Of a stretch of DNA of 64,000 bases, positions 10,572 through 21,139 are shown piece by piece. The DNA lies in assembly GCA_051599415.1 (NCBI GenBank), contig AP039691.1, positions 558,001 through 622,000 on the forward strand, read 5' to 3'. Source of the DNA: Savitreella phatthalungensis. Lineage: Eukaryota. The notes beneath the pieces were generated by a model. It was not told the origin of the DNA and did no database searches. It worked only from the letters and a program-made list of their open reading frames with translations. Within the stretch, counting starts at the first letter, position 1. Each line of letters begins with the position of its first letter. A program made the translations under genes and the position numbers.

Positions 10572-11699
10572 ATGCTACACTATCAGATCATGCAGCAGCC
10601 GCAGCAGCAACAGCAAGCCCAAGATGGCACCAACAATGCCTTCAACTGGAGTAGCGCGGGCGCCAATCTGACGTCAACGCTTTCTCCTTCGAAATCAACC
10701 GAGGCAACCGCTGTGAGTGGCGGGGCAACGACGAATGGCTTCGGTGGACCTACCACACCAACGCGCGCCTACAGGAAACCGCCTGCACATCTGACTGACA
10801 GACGGAAACGCGTCGAGGATGCGCTGCGCGGGTACAAGTCGCGCCGGGAATTGGCATTGAATCGAGCACGTGGCATGAGTGACTCCGCTGTGCCAACGCT
10901 CAACATTTCCACCGTCAGCGCCGGCCCCGGTTTGGGCACGCAAAGCGCAGGCGTAACACCTTCCCACGAGATGACCGATCCACTACCTACGACACCCTCC
11001 GCCCTCCACCCATCACAACGCGCCCTTTCCTCCCAGGGTCTACTGCGAGCCATCGGCGATGACTCGATCGAGGATGAGGAGTATCTACGCGTCCTACAGC
11101 AGAAGGATCTGGAGGATCGACGCGCGCGAGAGTCCGCGCTAGCGTCAGAGGCATCGCAATACGCATCCTACTCCGCCGGCGTAGGCACACCGAGCTCATA
11201 CGGATGGGAGGATGAGGAGTTGTCGGACGACGAAGACGAGGACTTCTTTTTTGCCCTATCACAGGCACGCTACGCATCCTCCCGTGAGCAGGAGGAGGCG
11301 GCAGAAGTCGCACGTCTGGAACGCGAACTCGCGAGAATCGAGCGCCTCGAGCGCGCCTGGGAGCGTCATGCCACTGAGAACTTCGTCAATGCATCCGAGG
11401 GAGCGCTTCAGCAACCACAGCGTCCGCCACCCCTCGGACTCTCTCCAGCCCACTTTCAAGCGCTTCAGACTGCCACTGGCACAACCTCTCCAGGCGGCAT
11501 GTCACGATCAGCCTCAGAAGATGGTGTCAACTACTTCGATGCTCTAGCCACACCGACTGGTGAAGTCGAGCAGAAGATGCTTGACGACATGATGAGTGCA
11601 GCTGAAGCACAATTCCGCGCACGTCAATCAGTTCAAACTCTCCAGCCTCAACAGCACGAGCAAGACCAAGGGCAGGGCGACATTGACATGGCAGACTAA
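10572..11699 (+). CDS. Hypothetical, largely disordered protein with short coiled coils
   Basis: Long ORF with coding-like codon usage; polyQ N-terminus, basic helix RRKRVEDALRGYKSRRELALNRARG, acidic tract; no family recognised. Confidence 0.75.
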   Translation: MLHYQIMQQPQQQQQAQDGTNNAFNWSSAGANLTSTLSPSKSTEATAVSGGATTNGFGGPTTPTRAYRKPPAHLTDRRKRVEDALRGYKSRRELALNRARGMSDSAVPTLNISTVSAGPGLGTQSAGVTPSHEMTDPLPTTPSALHPSQRALSSQGLLRAIGDDSIEDEEYLRVLQQKDLEDRRARESALASEASQYASYSAGVGTPSSYGWEDEELSDDEDEDFFFALSQARYASSREQEEAAEVARLERELARIERLERAWERHATENFVNASEGALQQPQRPPPLGLSPAHFQALQTATGTTSPGGMSRSASEDGVNYFDALATPTGEVEQKMLDDMMSAAEAQFRARQSVQTLQPQQHEQDQGQGDIDMAD

Positions 11700-11860
11700 C
11701 TATGACGTTATTCAAGAAAGGTAATGAGGACGACAATGAAGGTACAACGGATAGGTAGATAGATAGAGAGGGATAGGGTAAAGGAAGAACTCCAATAGAC
11801 ACACTTACAGGCTTGCTCAGGATCCACGTGATATTTCAATTAAATTGTGAAGCAAAATTG

Positions 11861-11914
11861 TGAAATTCTCGCACGTGCTCGAAAGTTCTGTAAATAGAAA
11901 TTCCAGAATGACGT
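11861..11914. promoter_or_regulatory. Heat-shock-element-like cluster plus ATF/CREB (ATGACGT) site upstream of HSP104
   Basis: GAAagTTC 11881-11888, TTCcaGAA 11901-11908, ATGACGT 11908-11914; CACGTG at 11825 and 11872; about 170 bp upstream of the HSP104 ATG. Confidence 0.65.
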
Positions 11915-12080
11915 CCTTTAAGCGAGGCTCCACTTTGCCCGAGTACTAAACAGTCTACGCACGAAAGACGAGAACATCCACAGAGTCTCTAAGACACCCA
12001 CAGAGAGAGCTAGAACTCATCAACCATAGACCATATAAGGCTCTGGCACCCAGGCGTGTACGGTTCGCAGACCAGACATC

Positions 12081-14855
12081 ATGAGCGAGCCACAATACAC
12101 CACAAAGCTGGCCAAGACGCTTGAAGGAGCGCTCGGTCTAGCACAGAACTACCAACATGCACAACTAGCACCAACACATCTAGCTGTCGCGTCACTAACC
12201 GCGGATGAGGATGGGTCAATACCTCTATTCGCGCAGGTTCTCACGAAGACTGGCGCGGATACAGTTGCGATTGAGCGCGCCTTGCGGAAGGCGTTAAATC
12301 AGATTCCATCCCAAGAGCCCGCACCAGCCCAAGTCGGCATGTCTGCGGCTACGGCCAAAGTCATGAAGGCTGCACACGACATCATGAAGCAACAAAAAGA
12401 TACATTCATCGCAGTCGACCATCTGATCGCTGCCCTAGTTCAAGACGACAAGATCAAATCGATCCTGAAAGCAAACGGCGTCGCAGACAACGCACTCAAG
12501 AATGCGCTCGACGAAACTCGCGGCAATCGGCGCATCGACTCTGCATCTGCAGAAGAGGGCTTTGATGCGCTAAAGAAGTACTCGATCGATTTCACAGAAC
12601 TCGCCCGCCTCGGCAAGCTGGATCCATGTATCGGTCGAGAAGACGAGATCAGACGGTGCATCCGTATCCTCAGCCGCCGCACAAAGAACAACCCCTGTTT
12701 GATTGGTGAACCCGGTGTCGGCAAATCCGCAATCGCAGAAGGCATTGCACAGCGAGTCAACGACCGCGACGTCCCGGAGAATCTGCAGACGGCGAAAGTG
12801 CTCTCACTTGATATCGCAGCGCTCGTCTCCGGTGCATCGCACAGAGGCGAGTTTGAGGAGCGTTTGAAAGCTGTCATGAAGGAGATTCAGGACTCACAAA
12901 CACCCATCATCCTGTTCATCGACGAGATCCATTTGATCATCGGTGCAGGACAAGCAGGCTCAGGTGGTATGGACGCTGCAAACATTCTCAAGCCTGCTCT
13001 GGCACGAGGCCAGCTCCACTGCATTGGCGCTACGACACTTGCAGAATATCGCAAATACATCGAAAAGGACTCGGCATTCGAGCGCCGCCTACAGACCGTC
13101 GTTGTCAAGGAGCCGACGATTCCAGACACTATCTCAATCCTTCGCGGTTTGAAAGAAAAGTATGAGGTCTTCCATGGCATTACAATCTCAGACGGTGCTA
13201 TTGTCGCTGCCGCTCAGCTCGCAGGCAGGTATCTAACCACCCGTCGCCTACCCGACTCAGCCATCGATTTGATCGACGAGGCAGCAGCAGCTGTCAGAGT
13301 CGCCCGAGAATCACAACCTGAAGAGATCGACCAGCTTGAGCGGCAGATTCGCCGTCTTGCCGTTGAGATCCATGCACTCGAACGTGAAAAGGATAACAAG
13401 GCGAAAGAGCGTCTTGCTCTTGCACGTGAAGAGAAACAGAACTTGGAGGAGCAACTCATGCCTCTCAAGGCAAAATTCGATTCTGAAAAGGCCCGAGGCT
13501 CCGAGCTGCAGAACGCAAAGCAGCGTCTAGACGAGCTTCGCGTCAAGGGTCAGGATGCTGAACGCCGTGGAGATCTTCAGACCGCAGCTGACATCAACTA
13601 CTACGCCATCCCAGACCTCGAGGCCCAGATCAAGGTGCTCGAGAAGCAGAAGGCAGCGGCCGACCAGGAGGAGCTCCACGCAACAGTACTGGACGACAAA
13701 CTCATCCCGGATGTCGTCGGCGAGCAGGAAATCTCCGAGATCGTCGCCCGCTGGACAGGCATCAACGTAAACAAGCTCCGTATGTCGGAGAAGGCAAAGC
13801 TTGTTCAGATGGAGCGTCATCTGTCACAGAAGGTCGTAGGACAGCCCGAAGCAGTCAAGGCAGTATCGAACGCCATTAGACTCTCAAGGGCAGGTCTATC
13901 CGACCCGAATCAGCCTGCATCCTTCCTCTTCTGTGGAGCGTCCGGTACCGGCAAAACACTGCTCACCAAAGCGCTCGCCGAGTTCCTGTTTGACGATGTA
14001 AAGTCGATCATCCGAGTCGACTGCTCGGAATACTCAGAGCCACATTCGCTCGCTCGCTTGATCGGTGCTCCACCTGGCTATGTCGGCCACGACCAAGGTG
14101 GTGCTTTAACAGAAGCTATCCGTCGCAAACCTTTCTCGATCGTCCTTTTCGACGAGATCGAGAAGGCTCACCAGCAGGTCATCACAGTTCTGCTCCAGCT
14201 TCTGGACGACGGCCGTATCACCTCCGGCCAAGGCGTCACGGTCGACTGCAAGAATTGCATCGTCGTCATGACGTCCAACCTCGGTGCGCAATACCTGCTT
14301 GACGACTCTGCAGCCGATGCGCGCTCGGGCAAGGTCTCCGCACGCGCTCGCGACCAGGTCATGGGCGCCGTCCGGTCCTTCTTCAAGCCGGAGTTTGTGA
14401 ACCGACTGGGAGCGATCGTGGTCTTCAACAAGCTTCGTCGAGAAGATATTGCGGAGATCGTGCGTCACCGACTTGCTGAAGTACAAGATCGTCTCGCTCG
14501 CAACGGCAAGGATCTCCGTCTGCAGCTTACAGACGACGCGATCGACTACCTCGCGCGAGCAGGATTTTCACAGCAGTACGGCGCACGACCACTCAACCGC
14601 CTCATCCAGCGTGATCTCCTAGAGAAACTGGCAGTCCTCCTTCTCAAGGACCAGATCCGTCAGGGCGAGGCAGTCAACATCACCTACGATCCCGACAGGC
14701 GCAGGCTCAACATCAAGCCTAATCACTTGGGCGATGAGGGTCTTCTCGACTACGATGGATTTGATGGAGACGATGACGATGCAGAGATGATGGATGCCAG
14801 AGAGCCCATCTCCCTTCGCGATGATGACCCGCAAGAGATCGAGGAGCTCGAGTGA
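12081..14855 (+). CDS. HSP104: Hsp104/ClpB AAA+ disaggregase (cytosolic)
   Basis: Clp N-domain, Walker A GEPGVGKS and GASGTGKT, coiled-coil M domain, GYVG pore loop, GARPL sensor 2, acidic tail ending EELE; no presequence. Confidence 0.96.
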   Translation: MSEPQYTTKLAKTLEGALGLAQNYQHAQLAPTHLAVASLTADEDGSIPLFAQVLTKTGADTVAIERALRKALNQIPSQEPAPAQVGMSAATAKVMKAAHDIMKQQKDTFIAVDHLIAALVQDDKIKSILKANGVADNALKNALDETRGNRRIDSASAEEGFDALKKYSIDFTELARLGKLDPCIGREDEIRRCIRILSRRTKNNPCLIGEPGVGKSAIAEGIAQRVNDRDVPENLQTAKVLSLDIAALVSGASHRGEFEERLKAVMKEIQDSQTPIILFIDEIHLIIGAGQAGSGGMDAANILKPALARGQLHCIGATTLAEYRKYIEKDSAFERRLQTVVVKEPTIPDTISILRGLKEKYEVFHGITISDGAIVAAAQLAGRYLTTRRLPDSAIDLIDEAAAAVRVARESQPEEIDQLERQIRRLAVEIHALEREKDNKAKERLALAREEKQNLEEQLMPLKAKFDSEKARGSELQNAKQRLDELRVKGQDAERRGDLQTAADINYYAIPDLEAQIKVLEKQKAAADQEELHATVLDDKLIPDVVGEQEISEIVARWTGINVNKLRMSEKAKLVQMERHLSQKVVGQPEAVKAVSNAIRLSRAGLSDPNQPASFLFCGASGTGKTLLTKALAEFLFDDVKSIIRVDCSEYSEPHSLARLIGAPPGYVGHDQGGALTEAIRRKPFSIVLFDEIEKAHQQVITVLLQLLDDGRITSGQGVTVDCKNCIVVMTSNLGAQYLLDDSAADARSGKVSARARDQVMGAVRSFFKPEFVNRLGAIVVFNKLRREDIAEIVRHRLAEVQDRLARNGKDLRLQLTDDAIDYLARAGFSQQYGARPLNRLIQRDLLEKLAVLLLKDQIRQGEAVNITYDPDRRRLNIKPNHLGDEGLLDYDGFDGDDDDAEMMDAREPISLRDDDPQEIEELE

Positions 14856-14934
14856 GAATTCACAACCTCTCTTCCTACACCTTAACGATTACGCCACCTC
14901 TTTACGCATGTAGTTCTATCTATCTATTATCTAC

Positions 14935-16110
14935 TCATTCATCTACAGGTGACTCTACCGTGTCGTGCTGCACCTCTTGTGGCAATGCAATCTTAGGGAA
15001 ATCAGGAGCCTCAAACATCCTCGACGCGTTCCTGTACGCTGCCTGGGCAATCACCTCCGGGTCGACCTCGCGAACACTCGCAATCACATGTACCACCGCA
15101 CCGATATACGCCGGCTCGTTTCTTCCCTTGACTGGTGCTGGACTAGCGTGATTGAACTTGTCTGGCTTGACCGGCTTTTCGGGTGGTGGGGTGTAGACGT
15201 GCGACTGGGTTTGTGTTGGTGTGAGTGATGGGAACATGTTTGGTAAGAAGGATGCACCTGCGTGCGTAGCCCTGATCTCACACCACGGCGCATCCGTCTC
15301 CACCTGGATCGCCACCGTGTCCCCAAACCCACCAACCAACCCGAGCGACTCCTCCCCGCGCACAGAGCATCCATTCAACCCAACCTCAAACCCCATCCCC
15401 ACAAGCGCATCCAACTCCTCTACCTCTCCAGTGAACGAGTGCACAACCCCTCGCCGCGGCAGCAGCGGCAGAAACTCTGCAAGGATGTTGGCAAAGTCCG
15501 GGTGGGACGCTCGGGTGTGTAGGAAGAGTGGTAGTGCTTGGGCGATGGTGGTCTGGGAGGATGGGTGGATGGGTGTGGTGGTGATGAGGTGGAGTTGTAG
15601 GCGGAAGGCGTCGAGTTGGGCGTCCTTGGGCGAGTACGATAGGCGGTCGTAGTCCAGGCCGAGCTCGCCGTAAGCTCGGATATACCCTCCAGCGTACCCA
15701 GCCTGGACCTCCGAAACCAGGTCCCCCAGGAACAGGGACCGGTCAGGGCCAGCAGCAGGCACGGTCGAGGCGCGTGTAGGGTGGATGCCTGCAGTCGCGT
15801 ACCAGCGTCCCTGGGCCGCGCGCGTGCGTGCGATGTCGTGGGATTCGGAGGTGGTGGGGGTGGAGTGGATGGGGTGACCGAGGTGGAAGTCTCTGCAGAG
15901 ACGCCATGCGCGGTGGGAGTCCTTCAGATCGCCAGCAGTGATGAGCCATCGGTCGCAGCCGGCGGATACGCTTCGCTCCCACACGTGTAGTAGATCCGGT
16001 GGGTGCTTCTGCCGGTCGTAGTAGATGCCCGAGAATTGATCGTCTAGTGCATTGACGCCGATGTCAAAGTACCGTGGTCGGGTCTTATGGGAAGTACAGC
16101 TGGAGCTCAT
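14935..16110 (-). CDS. TatD-family DNase (TATDN1-like)
   Basis: DIGVN, GIHP, GELGLDYDR, PLFLHTR, VVHSFTG, ETDAPW, RNEP motifs. Confidence 0.92.
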   Translation of the reverse strand: MSSSCTSHKTRPRYFDIGVNALDDQFSGIYYDRQKHPPDLLHVWERSVSAGCDRWLITAGDLKDSHRAWRLCRDFHLGHPIHSTPTTSESHDIARTRAAQGRWYATAGIHPTRASTVPAAGPDRSLFLGDLVSEVQAGYAGGYIRAYGELGLDYDRLSYSPKDAQLDAFRLQLHLITTTPIHPSSQTTIAQALPLFLHTRASHPDFANILAEFLPLLPRRGVVHSFTGEVEELDALVGMGFEVGLNGCSVRGEESLGLVGGFGDTVAIQVETDAPWCEIRATHAGASFLPNMFPSLTPTQTQSHVYTPPPEKPVKPDKFNHASPAPVKGRNEPAYIGAVVHVIASVREVDPEVIAQAAYRNASRMFEAPDFPKIALPQEVQHDTVESPVDE

Positions 16111-16408
16111 CAAGCGGAGACCTCGGATGTGTCGCAGAGCGGAAGAACGGATGGATCCTCGTGAAGTCAGCAGGACGGGCAGATTGAAGGCTTTGAGGAG
16201 GTCAAGGGCGTATCGAGATGGGGGTATTGACTGACGTAGGGTTGTGCATTCAATCGTAAGAAATCATGGCAAAATGTGTGTAGCTACAAGGATGGGCACG
16301 TGAATCACTCGGCAAGAGGCAGGATGCATAGATGTCTTCTATTCTCTTGTCCCCTCTTGGCTCCTCTCGTCGTCTCGTCCTGCTCTTTGCTTCCAGAGCG
16401 AGATTGGG

Positions 16409-17339
16409 CTAGACCTTAATTCGACGCTCGCGCAGGTACTCGTATGGTGGCAGATTTTCCTTGATGGTATCCTTGACGATTGCTGGCCAACATTCTTCCT
16501 GTTCTGTGTCGTGCTTGATCTCCTTGAAGCCTGTGGACTGCTGGGCGTCGTCATGGAATCCTTTCCACTTGTCAAAGGACTCTACTCGCTCGGCCTTCCA
16601 CTCAACCATGCCTTCCTTGTAGGGGATGGCAACAGATTCACAGTACCTTGTCATGACTTGCACAGGGCTAGCCACCAGGTCGGCAGAGTCTACCACTGCC
16701 GGTGTGATCCCGATCGACACCAAGTAGTCGTAGAGCACCACGCTCTCGACATAGCCTGCCTCTTCAGGGTCGTACGAATCAAAGCCCGTCTCTTTTGCCT
16801 TGTCGCCGATACAGCAGCGGTAGTAGGATGGTACGCTCTTCTCGGGAGTCCGGATGAGGAATGAGTGGTTAAGGTTTCGGAGCTGGTCGTCGGTGAAGAC
16901 TGTCGGATTTGACTTTTTGGATGCATCTGATCCGTCTCGCACAAAGGAAGGCTTGACGATGTACTGTGACATGTCTTTGACAAAGACAAAGCGATCACCT
17001 GTTGCGGCGGCTGTGGTGATTTCGTCGTAGATGGCGTTGAAGGTGGATTTGGCCTGACCGCTGCTAGTGTGTCAGAGTCAGAAGGACTGTGTCGAACAAC
17101 ATGCTCGAAGGTGGAGCTGGAGACGGAGCCAGCGCCAGAGATTGAATTGAGGGACAGAGGTGAACTTACGAGGTACATTGCTCCTGGTTGTATCGCTTGC
17201 TCATGCGGTCTGGACCATAGTAGAATGGTTCACCGAATGGTTCATGGAAGCATCGGACGTCATCACGGTTGATGAAGGCGCGCTCGAAGGCGGTTGAGAC
17301 TGACCGAGGATGCGACCAGAGCACAGTGGCCTTTGGCAT
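16409..17339 (-). CDS. Sulfotransferase-like P-loop-fold protein; 2 exons (17339-17170, 17063/17060-16409)
   Basis: N-terminal LWSHPRSVSTAFERAF...HEPF, then VFVKDM, HSFLIRTP, VVDSADL, FH..A.QSTGF; intron with GTAAGT donor at 17169, CTGAC branch and TAG/CAG acceptor joins the two track ORFs in frame. Confidence 0.85.
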
Positions 17340-18242
17340 GATCAAGGTTGGGTGTGGTTGAGAATAGGGATGTACGGATTTCTGTTGATGACTTGATAGA
17401 TTGATTGAAAGCGAGAATCGAGTCAAGCAGACTTTGGGAAAGGTGATGATGAGTGTGATGGTGGTAGTTGTCGTCGGGTCTAGTGACTTGGAAGTGGTGA
17501 TTGTGGTTGAAGGAGAGCTGAGTATTTGGTGAGCTAGTTGTATGCTGAATGACGCCTGAGGCCTGTTGTGCATTCTGTGACCGTTGAGCTTGTGTGAATG
17601 AGTGAAAGAAAGTGTGTGAGAGAGTGGATACAGGGGATGGGGTATCAACACTGGGAGGATCGATTGCTCTTTCTGCTACTGCTGATTCTGCTGCTTCTGT
17701 TACAGCCTCTACAACTACAGCCTGTACTACTACAGCCTGTAGTGCTACTTCATTTACGGCTACTTCATTTACTGCTTCTGCTCGTGTACTGCTTTCTACT
17801 GCTTCTCGTACTTACTACTCTGAATACTAGAATTCGGTATGCGGGCCGATGAGGCGTTCAACTTCAAACGCTTCCAAGTCTAGTTTAATCCTTTCCAGAT
17901 TGAATTTCATCAACAATTTCATCCTCGGAAAATTTAAATTTAGAATGGCGAGCAATCACGTGTATCCACAGAACAGGTAATCATCAGCACCATCGCCACC
18001 ACCACCACCATCAACATCACCACCATCATTCTCACCATCTGTGTACAGTGTACGATCACACGCTCCATCAAACGCCCAAGGACGCACATTCGTCATTCAC
18101 TCCCACCCACAACCGCCTCGTTGGTAGGAATCCGATGGATATGCATGCCTTTTCTAGAATCTCGCACGAGTGTACGTGGATGAGAGAGGTGGATTCATTC
18201 AGATATATGCCATCTATTGTACATAACATTGGCTCTACACTG

Positions 18243-19538
18243 CTAACCCGTCTTCTGTCTCGCAACTTCCTTTACCTTCTGTTTTGCCTCTTCCTCTTCC
18301 GTGTACTCTTCCTTCTGCTGCTTCTTCTCTGGAACTTCACGTGGAGCATACACGGGTTCGTAGACTTTCACGTGCTGTATCACACGTGAGTCAATTGTCA
18401 CCTCCTCCATCCATGGTCCTACCAGGTTGTTCCTGATACTCTTTGGCCAGTCCTTCGATGCCTCCTCGTTGATGTGTGGGTCGACCTGTGGATCGAAATC
18501 CCTGACAGCGAGCGCTAGCACCGCACCAGCAGTCGCAGAACATGTTTCTTCAGCTAGCACACGCCTCGTCATGAACCGCGCCACACGCCACGGCGTGTTC
18601 AGGAATCCCAGCAGATCCCACGTAGGGACAAATGCAAGCTTGTGCAATGCATCATCCGCATTCCCGGGAAGGTGTACTTCTGCTGATGGGTACTCATCCG
18701 TGGGGATGTATGAAGGTGGACTCGATGGGATCTTCTTCTTGATCGCCTCAATCTCCTTCTTGAGCTCTTCCTCTGATTTCGCCGGGGTCGATTCTGATGC
18801 AGTGACAGATGCTGCACTCGCACGCTCACCCTCAGCCTCACCCTCGGCCTCAGGCTCTAATGGAGCATCCACGACAGGATCCCCTGGCATCCGTGGATTC
18901 ATGACCTCATGCACGAACGACGGCTCTTCCACTGGACCCAGCAATCCCTCGTGGACGCCGCGGATATACTCCTTGTAGGTGTGCCTGCCGACGACGATAT
19001 CTCCGTCGGTCTTGTCGTGATCTGTCACAGCTGCTCTCGACTGCCTCTGCATGTCGGTCAGGTTGTCTGTCCCCCTGCGGTTGTCTCTGATAGCCTGGGC
19101 GATCTTGTGTCGGATATCTCCCTGCATCCGTCCCTCGACCAGCTCAAAGTCGACGGCGGCCGCATTCAGCACAGGCTTGACGTACTCATGGAAGTGCTCG
19201 CGAGCCTCGTGGATCGTGTCGCCGGGCGGCGCGCACAGCAGCACACGCACGCGACGAGGCATCTCCAGCGGACCCAGCGGCGCATCTGCCAGGTGCGACA
19301 CCAGCGACGTATATCGCTTAAACACCCGACGCTTCTCCCACCGATCATACCCAATCCCACCCACAAACGACCCAACCACACCCCAGAAGATCAACCAGTT
19401 CCGTGAAGGCAGCTTCCACGTCCGCAGCGACTTTGGGATACCCATCATGTTGAACGCCGGATTCCCCTCAGGAACAGGAGCCGGGCGCTGTGAGATGCCT
19501 TGCTTTGCGGAGGCCGTTGTGGAAGTAGCGCCTGGCAT
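18243..19538 (-). CDS. TIM54: Mitochondrial inner membrane translocase subunit Tim54
   Basis: NPAFNMMGIP, LPSRNWLIFW, YDRWEK, FHEYVKPVLNAAAVD, VGRHTYKEYIRGVHEG, LGFLNTP; first ATG 19538. Confidence 0.93.
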   Translation of the reverse strand: MPGATSTTASAKQGISQRPAPVPEGNPAFNMMGIPKSLRTWKLPSRNWLIFWGVVGSFVGGIGYDRWEKRRVFKRYTSLVSHLADAPLGPLEMPRRVRVLLCAPPGDTIHEAREHFHEYVKPVLNAAAVDFELVEGRMQGDIRHKIAQAIRDNRRGTDNLTDMQRQSRAAVTDHDKTDGDIVVGRHTYKEYIRGVHEGLLGPVEEPSFVHEVMNPRMPGDPVVDAPLEPEAEGEAEGERASAASVTASESTPAKSEEELKKEIEAIKKKIPSSPPSYIPTDEYPSAEVHLPGNADDALHKLAFVPTWDLLGFLNTPWRVARFMTRRVLAEETCSATAGAVLALAVRDFDPQVDPHINEEASKDWPKSIRNNLVGPWMEEVTIDSRVIQHVKVYEPVYAPREVPEKKQQKEEYTEEEEAKQKVKEVARQKTG

Positions 19539-20091
19539 GACTGGAACACCAGGCTCTGCCTTTGCGGGTGGTGGTGGTGGTGTGCCTGAAATCTCAGGAG
19601 TCAACACCTTCTATCGATCGTCAATCCCTGCCACCTGAGCCTGAACTAGACTCGATGCCTCTCAGACAGACGACAGCTCTTCAACTGATGAGCAGAGGCT
19701 TTGCTTAGGGTTGCGAGAAGACGGGAAGGTTGTACGTGGGTGACCTGTGTTGGTGGTGCTGGTTCTAGGAACTTTTGTCTAGCAATCACGTGTGCATTCC
19801 CGGGTCTGCGTGACTATGCACATGCCCAGTGGGGAAAATCCAATCCCCTATGTACGTACGTGAGACTCGACCTTTCGAGATAGAGTCAAGTCAAGACAAG
19901 ACAGTGAGTATCTAGGCACTTATATCAAATCTGTACAGGAGGACCAAGTGACGCACACCTCAAGCTCTCCTATAATCGTCGCGGACTTGAACTGTTAATC
20001 TCTTGGGAGTTGTACAGACGATCAGCTACTCTTCCTCACTCCTCTTCTAGACTCATCCATCTCTTGTACATCTATCATCTTAACGATCTCG

Positions 20092-21066
20092 ATGAGCGTC
20101 ACAAAGGAGGAGATTGATGACCTTGATGATCTGGATGATCTGCTGGACGACTTTGATGGCGGCGAGGATGTTGGCGTTGTAGAGAAGGCTAAAGAGCGAG
20201 GTGCGGCAGGTGCCGGCGTTACTGCTGGCGGGTCGACTGCCGCTGGCACAGAGGCTACCGTCACGAAGCCAGATACAGCAGAGGTTCCAGATGCAGATGC
20301 CGGGGGACTACCGTCGCTAGGGAACGAGGACTTTGCAAAGCAGCTGCAGGCAGGGATGGAGGATCTGATGGCCGAGTTGAATTCATCCCCTGAAGCCCGG
20401 AAGGACTTTGAGGCTCTGATGGCACAGATGAATGCAGCTACGATAAACGAAGGTGGTCCTACGACAGCCGGCGCAACCTCGACCTCAAGCTACCCAAACA
20501 ATGCATCAAAGAAGTCGGCAACAGCAGCCACAGCGACCAAGAAGCCGAAAAACTTCCAGGAGCAGCTGAACGCCAACATCGCTCGGATGAGAGACGCTGA
20601 GAACGCACAGCGTGAGCGTGACGACAACGCCGGTCTGACAGATGCCGAGACCGACTTGTTCATGCGTGAAATGATGAAGCAGTTTGAGGGTGCTGCAGGG
20701 ACCGGAAATGAGGGTGACTTCTCAAAGGTGTTGGAAGGGATGATGTCGCAGCTAATGTCGAAGGAGATCTTGTACGAACCGCTGCTTGAGCTGAACCAGA
20801 AGTACCCAGGATGGCTGGCGGACAACAAGACACACAAGGACTACGACAAGTACGTCCAGCAGTCTGGAATCGTCGCCCAGATCGTCGACAGGTTCGAAGA
20901 CCCGGAGTACGACGACGAGGACGAATACAAGAAGGCACAGGTGATGGAGCTGATGGGTCAGATGCAGGACCTTGGCAGCCCACCACACGAGATCATGGGA
21001 GAAGATCTAGGCATGCTCGACGGCGGACTTCCTAAGATGGCCGACGGCGAGTGTTCCATCATGTAG
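20092..21066 (+). CDS. PEX19: Peroxin 19
   Basis: N-terminal DDLDDLDDLLDDF, MMSQLMSKEILYEPL, MQDLGSPP and C-terminal CaaX CSIM. Confidence 0.95.
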   Translation: MSVTKEEIDDLDDLDDLLDDFDGGEDVGVVEKAKERGAAGAGVTAGGSTAAGTEATVTKPDTAEVPDADAGGLPSLGNEDFAKQLQAGMEDLMAELNSSPEARKDFEALMAQMNAATINEGGPTTAGATSTSSYPNNASKKSATAATATKKPKNFQEQLNANIARMRDAENAQRERDDNAGLTDAETDLFMREMMKQFEGAAGTGNEGDFSKVLEGMMSQLMSKEILYEPLLELNQKYPGWLADNKTHKDYDKYVQQSGIVAQIVDRFEDPEYDDEDEYKKAQVMELMGQMQDLGSPPHEIMGEDLGMLDGGLPKMADGECSIM

Positions 21067-21139
21067 ACAAACCCCAATACCACAATCTAAATTGTTATCT
21101 GACACCCCCTCCACCTTCCTGCCGTCATCATCATTGTCA

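Noticed and set aside
17612..17852. Short ORFs over a CTA/CTG low-complexity tract with duplicated units (ACTACAGCCTGT, GCTACTTCATTTAC)
   Set aside because: Translations are poly-Leu or Thr/Ala runs typical of degenerate trinucleotide repeats; no coding evidence
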